DNA of 39,208 nucleotides, taken from the IMG/VR virus record IMGVR_UViG_3300045988_042900, positions 1 through 39,208 of that record; one strand, 5' to 3'. Within the stretch, counting starts at the first letter, position 1. The number at the start of each line of letters is the position of its first letter. Shown here piece by piece: positions 33,378-39,208 of the stretch. Position numbers and translations under genes: made by a program. A model generated the notes under the pieces. The model did not search any database, had not been told where the DNA came from, and saw only the letters and a list, made by a program, of their open reading frames with translations. The DNA comes from a virus.

Positions 33378-34622
33378 ATGAGTACCCAGACGGACAAGCT
33401 CCAACAAATCGCCAATGCCATCCGGGCAAGTTCCGGGGAGACAGAGCAGATTCAGGCGTCGCTTTTTTTTCAAAAGATCAACCAGCTCAAGCGCTACCGC
33501 TGGGCTGACAGCACCTTGACATACTGTGAGCCCCGAGCTCTGGAGGCTGTGGACGTGGCAAAAAGCTACTGGATTGCCCGGGCTTCGGGCCGGAAATTTG
33601 TCTATTCCGGCGGCGCGACATTCCTCGACGGTTCGCCGCTCAACAATGCTGCTGAGCAGGGGCTTATCGACTGCTCCACCTATATTCATCTGGTCATGCG
33701 GGGCATTCCGTACCACAAAAGCCCCTATGTCAACGCCGCCGCGAATGCCACCTACAATGCATCGGCGCTTGCTACCAATACGGCATATGCTTGGGCTGAC
33801 GACCACATCCGTTCCAGCAACACTCTGGGCGGGATGGTTCGCTACGCCGCCGATCTGGCCGCCTATTATTGGGCCGCCGGACGGGCCTTTACGGACGCAA
33901 GCCAGCGGAAGCCCGGGGATTTGATTTTTCACTCGACCCACCAGAACAACCGGTTTATGTCCATTACCCACGTCTCCATCGTGTCTGACAACATCGACCA
34001 GTACTACAACGTGACGGATGTGACCAACACGGTAGTTCGTACGAATTACGCCAACCGAAATGCGGATATCGTCTTCTTTGCGCGGCCTGACTATGAGCGA
34101 TTGCCCCAGCAGTCCTATACCTTTGACCCCAATCACAACTATCTGGCGTATCCGTGGATCTTTGGTGACAGCAACACCTACAGCTCCGGCGTCACCGCCA
34201 CGGCGGCAGAAACCGGTGTAACCACGTCCTGCTCTGGGGCGACGGCGTCTACCACAATCCCCATTGTGTCCTCCAGCTACCCCCTGTACCTCCCTGCGGG
34301 CACCTATCATCTCTCCGGTGCCCCGGCGTATCAGGATCGCCGCGCCCGGGTGGACTACTCCTATTGGGGCCTGCGGTTATATCCGGCGGACGGGCGCACC
34401 ATCACCTCCCATGTCACGGGGTATACGTCGGCAAGCTATGGTTCTGCCCCTGTGGCGGTCAGCCAGACCCAGAATCACGTGTGGGAAAAGGGCTACGGCG
34501 CGACGTTTTCCATTGACACCCCGATGTCCTTTTACGCCAATCTATACATCTCCAAAACGCCCACGGCCTCCGCATACAGCGGCACAGACCTGTGGACGCC
34601 AACGCTAAGGAGGATCGCATGA
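33378..34622 (+). CDS. Tail protein with an NlpC/P60-like peptidase domain and a C-terminal beta-rich domain
   Basis: The candidate Cys motif is LIDCSTYIHLV and the His motif is PGDLIFHS...ITHVSIV. Confidence 0.6.
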   Translation: MSTQTDKLQQIANAIRASSGETEQIQASLFFQKINQLKRYRWADSTLTYCEPRALEAVDVAKSYWIARASGRKFVYSGGATFLDGSPLNNAAEQGLIDCSTYIHLVMRGIPYHKSPYVNAAANATYNASALATNTAYAWADDHIRSSNTLGGMVRYAADLAAYYWAAGRAFTDASQRKPGDLIFHSTHQNNRFMSITHVSIVSDNIDQYYNVTDVTNTVVRTNYANRNADIVFFARPDYERLPQQSYTFDPNHNYLAYPWIFGDSNTYSSGVTATAAETGVTTSCSGATASTTIPIVSSSYPLYLPAGTYHLSGAPAYQDRRARVDYSYWGLRLYPADGRTITSHVTGYTSASYGSAPVAVSQTQNHVWEKGYGATFSIDTPMSFYANLYISKTPTASAYSGTDLWTPTLRRIA

Positions 34623-36118
34623 ATATTGAGTTATCAAACGGTCTACACCATTTTTATCAGTGGGACACCGGGCAGAAAGTCAGGGTGCCGGAGAATGTGC
34701 CGACGGTGCACTTTAAGTGGGGCAATGATGCCGTCTCGTTTGATGCGGTTGACGGCTGGGTTGAAATTCCGCCGGAGCTGACCCAGAAGGATGGGTATAT
34801 CCTCCTTTGGACGTATAGGGAGGATCACACCCTGGACGCGGCCAAAATCCAAGTAGAGCGCAGGCCAAAGCCAGATGGATACGCATACACCCCCACAGAG
34901 ATCAAAACATGGGAGCAACTGGATAAACGGATTACGGCGCTGGAAAAAGGCGGCGGAGTGGCTGCCGTTACCAGTGTTAACGGCAAAACCGGAGCGGTGG
35001 AGCTGACTGCGGAGGACGTGGGTGCTGCAACTGAGGAGTATGTTGACAACAACAGCAAGCTGTTTGTAATCAATATCACCGACAGCCTCAATGGCAGTAA
35101 TGATAAAGTATATTCCGCAGATAAAACCTATAGCGAAATTTTAGGAGCTCTGAATAACGGTCTGTTGCCGGTTTGTAAAATGCCAAAACACACAACAGGT
35201 AGTTACGTCTATGGATTATGTTACTTCTCAGGCAAGTTGACTCCGCCTATAGGGAATGATTCTATCTTTTTCAGGAGCCTAGACATAGACACGCTTAACT
35301 CAAAACGTACTGTAGTGAGTATTTATCCAAATAACGATGTCGTGGTAGCCTCAGAACCGGTAGTAATGACCGGAGCAACCGATTCCAGATCAGGTATTCC
35401 AGGATACGTCCCGGTGCCGCAGTCCTCCGAACGAAACTACTTTCTCCGGGGTGACGCAAAGTGGAAGCCAGCACTCCAGCCTCCGGTTATTGCGTCTGTC
35501 GGGCAATACCTCTCCGTTAAATCCGTTGATAGCAATGGAGTTGTAACTGAGACGGCGGCGGTTGATGCTCCCAGCGCCGGAGGCCTCTCCCTTGGCCTCA
35601 CCAGCGCTACGGTTGGTCAGACCGTCAAAATCTCTGCGGTAGATGTTAACGGTGTGCCGACGGCATGGGTGCCGGTGGATATGGCGAGTGGCGAGGACAC
35701 AAAAGAATGGACGAAAATTATTGACGTCTCGGTCACAGAAGCTACACAAATGTTTAAACGAGACGGGCTGGATAATTATACGGAGTTTTTTCTCAAATGG
35801 AGCGATTTGCAAAACGCAACAACGGTAAACTCTGGTCAGGATTTGTACATTAACAACGTGATTGTCGCGTCTACCGCAATCACTGTGCAGAAGAGCGGTG
35901 CCGCCATATATGGATGGACATGGCTAAAATATAATGGACGCGTATGGATCACCACTAAAAGCGCAGGGGCGATATTGGGCAGCAATACAACGTTTGGGAT
36001 TGCATATGCGCCATATAACACTGTGGACGGCGTTGGGCCAGCGACAAGACTAGAACTCCGGACGGCGAACGGGACTTATGCGCCGACTACTGGGAAACTT
36101 GAGGTGTGGGCAAGATGA
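34619..36118 (+). CDS. Tail fiber / receptor-binding protein
   Basis: VTSVNGKTGAVELTAEDVGA is a motif common in phage fibers. The RBS is AAGGAGGA and the start overlaps the previous stop as ATGA. Confidence 0.7.
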   Translation: MNIELSNGLHHFYQWDTGQKVRVPENVPTVHFKWGNDAVSFDAVDGWVEIPPELTQKDGYILLWTYREDHTLDAAKIQVERRPKPDGYAYTPTEIKTWEQLDKRITALEKGGGVAAVTSVNGKTGAVELTAEDVGAATEEYVDNNSKLFVINITDSLNGSNDKVYSADKTYSEILGALNNGLLPVCKMPKHTTGSYVYGLCYFSGKLTPPIGNDSIFFRSLDIDTLNSKRTVVSIYPNNDVVVASEPVVMTGATDSRSGIPGYVPVPQSSERNYFLRGDAKWKPALQPPVIASVGQYLSVKSVDSNGVVTETAAVDAPSAGGLSLGLTSATVGQTVKISAVDVNGVPTAWVPVDMASGEDTKEWTKIIDVSVTEATQMFKRDGLDNYTEFFLKWSDLQNATTVNSGQDLYINNVIVASTAITVQKSGAAIYGWTWLKYNGRVWITTKSAGAILGSNTTFGIAYAPYNTVDGVGPATRLELRTANGTYAPTTGKLEVWAR

Positions 36119-36513
36119 AAAAATTTGTGAACGGCGAATACTTTGACATGACCGCAGAGGAAATTGTGGCCATGCAGGAAGCACAGCTCGCAATGGAGCA
36201 CAACGTTGAGCCGCTGACGGACAGCGCAAAACTCGCATTGATGCTGGCGGCAATCCCGGAGGAACCGGTGCCGACGGTGGCACCAAAGGTTGGATACAAG
36301 TGGAAGGCGATATATAGCTCGTCCGCCGGATTTGCTTGGGAGCTGGTGGAAGATCCCGATGCGTTGGGCACCATGAAAAATCCGCTGCGCTGGACGGAGG
36401 GGCATGAGGTCAAGGCAGGGTACCACTATACTGACGGAACGCACATCTATGTCGCACTGGAGGACGGTGTGCCGACCGGGATTGAGGATGAAACATATTT
36501 TACGGAGGTGTAA
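36115..36513 (+). CDS. Hypothetical tail-fiber-associated protein
   Basis: The start overlaps the fiber gene stop as ATGA. Confidence 0.55.
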   Translation: MKKFVNGEYFDMTAEEIVAMQEAQLAMEHNVEPLTDSAKLALMLAAIPEEPVPTVAPKVGYKWKAIYSSSAGFAWELVEDPDALGTMKNPLRWTEGHEVKAGYHYTDGTHIYVALEDGVPTGIEDETYFTEV

Positions 36514-36516
36514 TCA

Positions 36517-36783
36517 TTGGAGCTTGTAATTGCGATCGTGCCGCCACTCATAACAGGGGTGCTGGCGCTGGTAGGCGTGGTTATTACCAGCGCCAGCACG
36601 GCAAAAAAGATGCAGGCGAATTTGGAGAAAAACCAGGCTGTCACGGAGACAAAGATTGAGGAGCTGACCAGAGAGGTCAGGGAACACAATGGATTTGCAC
36701 GACGAGTCCCAGTCGTTGAGGAGCAGATCAAGGTCATCAATCATCGGATTAAAGATTTGGAGGCTGAAAATCATGACCATTAA
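36517..36783 (+). CDS. xhlA: XhlA-like membrane protein (lysis-associated)
   Basis: GGAGG sits 8 nt before the TTG at 36517. An N-terminal TM segment is followed by a coiled coil containing REHNGF...RIKDLE. Confidence 0.6.
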   Translation: MELVIAIVPPLITGVLALVGVVITSASTAKKMQANLEKNQAVTETKIEELTREVREHNGFARRVPVVEEQIKVINHRIKDLEAENHDH

Positions 36784-36994
36784 GAAGAAAATGTGGTGGA
36801 AGGCAGCAGGTATCCGCGCCGTGAAAACCGTGGCGCAGACGGCTGTAGCAATGATTCCCGCCGCCGTGACCATCGGCGCGGTGGACTGGGTTACAGTGCT
36901 AGGTACTGCGGCTCTTGCGGGCATCGTTAGCATGCTGACCAGCATTGCCGGGCTGCCGGAAGTGGACGTGGAGGAAGAAGTGGACGATGACTGA
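36773..36994 (+). CDS. Holin (phi-LC3/LL-H-like)
   Basis: There are two TM segments and an acidic tail (LTSIAGLPEVDVEEEVDDD). Confidence 0.75.
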   Translation: MTIKKKMWWKAAGIRAVKTVAQTAVAMIPAAVTIGAVDWVTVLGTAALAGIVSMLTSIAGLPEVDVEEEVDDD

Positions 36995-37250
36995 CAGAGA
37001 GTTTACCAACCTGTGCTTGCAGCTGGTGGCGGATTACACCAACCAGAATATGGACAAGACGGACTGCGAGAGCATCACCACCGACAACGTATACACGGTC
37101 TGGAGTTGCAAGACGCTCCAGAACTGGAAAGCACTGCTGAGTACCACAGTGCCGGACGGTATGTACTATGAGGTAACGTACAACGGAGACCGGGATGAAG
37201 TGTACCTGGATGCATATAAAAAGTTTGAGAACAAGTGCTTTTGCACTTAA
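36987..37250 (+). CDS. Hypothetical protein within the lysis cassette
   Basis: The ATG overlaps the holin gene's end. Confidence 0.5.
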   Translation: MTDREFTNLCLQLVADYTNQNMDKTDCESITTDNVYTVWSCKTLQNWKALLSTTVPDGMYYEVTYNGDRDEVYLDAYKKFENKCFCT

Positions 37251-37268
37251 CGAAGGGGGACAAGTAAC

Positions 37269-37448
37269 ATGTATACACCCGAGATCATGGAGACAATCAA
37301 AGCCCTTGCCTACGGGCTGGATGCTGACGAAATTGCCGCGAACTGCGGCATGGACATCTCTGAGGTGGAGCGCATCAAGACCGAGTACGCCGCCGACATC
37401 AAAGCACGGCGTGACGCGCTGAAGGAGGCCGGTTACTATGGCGGATAA
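37269..37448 (+). CDS. 59-aa HTH-like protein within the lysis cassette
   Basis: AAGGGGGA sits 9 nt before the ATG. The HTH-like segment is YGLDADEIAANCGMDISEVERI. The 3' end overlaps the endolysin start. Confidence 0.5.
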   Translation: MYTPEIMETIKALAYGLDADEIAANCGMDISEVERIKTEYAADIKARRDALKEAGYYGG

Positions 37449-38469
37449 GTGGCTCGGCATTGATGTTTCAGAGCACAACGGCGTCCTGAATTGGGCAGCC
37501 ATCAAAAGGGCCGGGATTAAGTTTGCGATTATTCGGGACGGCTACGGCATATCCCATGTGGACAACCAGTTCCACGCCAACATGGCCGGGGCGATCGCAC
37601 AGGGCATCCATATTGGTATCTACCATTTCTCTTACGCCCTGTCGGCGGCGGGAGCCAAAGCGGAAGCGGAATACGTCCTACGGTTGATCGAACAGTACAA
37701 GGACAAGATCGTATTGCCGGTATTTTTTGATTTTGAGTATGATACCGTGGACTACGCAAAAAAGTGTGGCGTAACCCTGGGCAAGGAGGCGTTCAACGCC
37801 CATACCGTGGCATTCTGCGATACCATTCAGGCGGCTGGCTACCGGGCTGGCGTCTACTATAACCTGGATTATCTCCGCAACTATGTGGACAAGGATCGGA
37901 TCGGCAAGTACGCCCAATGGTATGCTCAGTATACCAACAAGGCCAGTACCAACAGCTGGGACTATTGGCAGTACAGCAGCAGCTACGTCATCCCGGGCTG
38001 CTCTGGCAAGTTCGATATCAATATCATGGCCAATTCCGGCAGCATCACCAACAGCCGGAAGTATAAGCAGGGCTGGAACAAGGATGATCGCGGCTGGTGG
38101 TATGCCGATAGCGCCACCACCTACTACAAGTCTCGCTGGGCCAAGATCAAGGGCAAATGGTACTATTTCGACGAGGAGGGCTATATGAGGGCTAATTCCT
38201 GGGAAACCGACGCGGGCGGAGACAGCTATTTTGTTGGGCCTGAGGGAGATATGCTGACAAATATGGTTGTCGGCCTTGGCGCAGACGGAAAACTCCAGCC
38301 CATTGAACAGTGGTATCACACCCTGGGCGAGGTGCCGAATGGGTACCGCAAGGAGCTGGACAAGCTGGTGGACGCCGGGAAGCTAAAGGGCAAAAGCGGA
38401 AGCGGCGATGATATGGTGTTGGATATGCCGCTGAGTGCGCTGCGGGTATTAATCATCCTGAGCCGGTAA
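37438..38469 (+). CDS. Endolysin: GH25 muramidase with cell-wall-binding repeats
   Basis: GIDVSEHNGVLNWAAIKRAGIKFAIIRDGYG is the GH25 pattern. The C-terminal GW/YY repeats (WWYADSATTYY, KGKWYYFDEEGYM) resemble CW_binding_1. Confidence 0.85.
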   Translation: MADKWLGIDVSEHNGVLNWAAIKRAGIKFAIIRDGYGISHVDNQFHANMAGAIAQGIHIGIYHFSYALSAAGAKAEAEYVLRLIEQYKDKIVLPVFFDFEYDTVDYAKKCGVTLGKEAFNAHTVAFCDTIQAAGYRAGVYYNLDYLRNYVDKDRIGKYAQWYAQYTNKASTNSWDYWQYSSSYVIPGCSGKFDINIMANSGSITNSRKYKQGWNKDDRGWWYADSATTYYKSRWAKIKGKWYYFDEEGYMRANSWETDAGGDSYFVGPEGDMLTNMVVGLGADGKLQPIEQWYHTLGEVPNGYRKELDKLVDAGKLKGKSGSGDDMVLDMPLSALRVLIILSR

Positions 38470-38484
38470 CAGGAGGTGACGGGG

Positions 38485-38682
38485 ATGCAGATCAAGGACT
38501 ATACAGTTCCGGAGTTGGAGCATTTCCGGGCAGCCTGCAATTTTACCAGTCTGGAGCGGGAGTTTTTCGACCTGCGGGCAGCGGGAATTACGATTGAAAG
38601 TTGCTGCGACGCGATGGGGTATTCCATCGGCGGGATACGGCACATTTCCGGACGGGTAAAAAATAAAATGAAACGGGTATGA
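38485..38682 (+). CDS. Small sigma-70 region-4/LuxR-like HTH protein
   Basis: AGGAGG sits 8 nt before the ATG at 38485. The sequence reads FTSLEREFFDLRAAGITIESCCDAMGYSIGGIRHISGRV. Confidence 0.6.
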   Translation: MQIKDYTVPELEHFRAACNFTSLEREFFDLRAAGITIESCCDAMGYSIGGIRHISGRVKNKMKRV

Positions 38683-38715
38683 AAAATCCCCCACCTTTCG
38701 GTGGGGGATTTTTTT
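38682..38715. terminator. Bidirectional rho-independent terminator
   Basis: A 14-bp stem (AAAAATCCCCCACC/GGTGGGGGATTTTT) has loop TTTC. Confidence 0.85.
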
Positions 38716-38882
38716 GCCCGTTGAGGCTCCACTCAATCACCACTACGAGAAAAAGGGGAACTACAATTTTGAGGGCAGGATCATTTCAATCCACTGATGC
38801 ATTGTCCAATCTATTTATCGCTACATCCCCACTAACGTGGGGTTGTGACTGGCATATGCATCAGACAGCAGGGGTTACCTGC
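38716..38882 (-). ncRNA. Candidate minus-strand ncRNA carrying a type I-C CRISPR-repeat-like module
   Basis: The unit lies between the promoter at 38889-38917 and the terminator at 38682-38715. On the minus strand, a 9-bp stem (CUGAUGCAU/AUGCAUCAG, 38864-38856 with 38802-38794) is followed at once by UGGAUUGAAAU. The stem encloses the hairpin CCCCAC-GUUA-GUGGGG and a 5' GUCAC. Confidence 0.4.
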
Positions 38883-38888
38883 AATTGT

Positions 38889-38917
38889 ATTTTAACACGC
38901 GTTCTGTAAAATTTCAA
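38889..38917 (-). promoter_or_regulatory. SigA-type promoter (TTGAAA, 17 nt, TAAAAT) on the minus strand
   Basis: The -35 is at 38917-38912 and the -10 at 38894-38889, with a 17-nt spacer. Confidence 0.5.
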
Positions 38918-38946
38918 TAATCAGCCGACCAATTCGGCTGATTATT
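38916..38946. terminator. 13-bp-stem hairpin; terminator of 38983-39156
   Basis: AATAATCAGCCGA-CCAAT-TCGGCTGATTATT. On the minus strand it is followed by GAAAUUUU, so GAUUAUUGAAAU forms a second, degenerate copy of the repeat handle. Confidence 0.65.
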
Positions 38947-38982
38947 TTGACATTTTGAACCCGTTTTCTTGTACCGCTTAAA

Positions 38983-39156
38983 TCAAATTGCGAATTCTTC
39001 ACCGTACTTTTCCTCATGAGCCTTGCAGTATGCGTCAAAAAACTCCTGTTCTGTGCAACCTCCGATTTCCATGTGCAGTTTTTCTCTGATTTCATCGTCC
39101 ATAAATTGCACGCACTCGTCGAAATCTACCTGATCGTTGTTATAAGATACATACAT
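38983..39156 (-). CDS. 57-aa acidic protein (MYVSYNNDQVDFDECVQFMDDEIREKLHMEIGGCTEQEFFDAYCKAHEEKYGEEFAI)
   Basis: GGGAGGA sits 7 nt before the ATG at 39156. It replaces the poor-looking track ORF 38892-39095, which is in another frame. It is under 60 aa and so absent from the track. Confidence 0.6.
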   Translation of the reverse strand: MYVSYNNDQVDFDECVQFMDDEIREKLHMEIGGCTEQEFFDAYCKAHEEKYGEEFAI

Positions 39157-39180
39157 TGTTGTTTCCTCCCAATTGATTTA

Positions 39181-39208
39181 TTAAGTATCTCCCTTAACTG
39201 TCTTTATT
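39181..39208. repeat. Terminal direct repeat, copy 2
   Basis: This is identical to 1-28. Confidence 0.9.

Noticed and set aside
33324-34310. A 328-aa minus-strand ORF. Similar antisense ORFs occur at 12547-13275, 14181-14804, 17125-17883, 18184-18897, 26513-27337 and 37678-38319.
   Set aside because: All lie opposite plus-strand genes that have clear family motifs or strong RBSs. None has its own ribosome-binding site or a protein-like composition.
38892-39095. The 67-aa minus-strand track ORF.
   Set aside because: It has no RBS and its sequence looks implausible. Another minus frame (38983-39156) has a GGGAGGA RBS and a protein-like acidic sequence.

Overview
The window looks like a complete temperate siphovirus or prophage genome of the Firmicutes/Clostridia type. 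It has a unit length of about 39,180 bp, and the first 28 nt recur exactly as the last 28 nt. Reading left to right: (1) 150-3229, a plus-strand cargo operon of seven uncharacterised proteins; (2) 3293-6803, the lysogeny module, with a large serine integrase, a candidate small RNA, two membrane-type proteins and an XRE/CI-like repressor; (3) 6804-6960, a divergent promoter switch; (4) 6961-17562, an early operon carrying recombination, replication and DNA-modification genes; (5) 17998-38469, a ParB-methyltransferase, then packaging, head, tail and lysis genes. Almost all long minus-strand ORFs in the track are antisense shadows of these genes. The observations most worth follow-up are: (a) a 303-nt ORF-less group I intron splitting the tape measure gene; (b) a minus-strand noncoding unit at 38716-38946 with its own promoter and terminator that mimics a type I-C CRISPR repeat; (c) a 600-bp noncoding stretch with 12 copies of GCAANGG, downstream of a protein with a RAMP/Cas6-like glycine loop; (d) a promoter-to-terminator small RNA beside the integrase carrying an anti-Shine-Dalgarno box; (e) two tRNA-like domains upstream of the ParB-methyltransferase. 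All family assignments come from reading motifs by eye; no searches were run.
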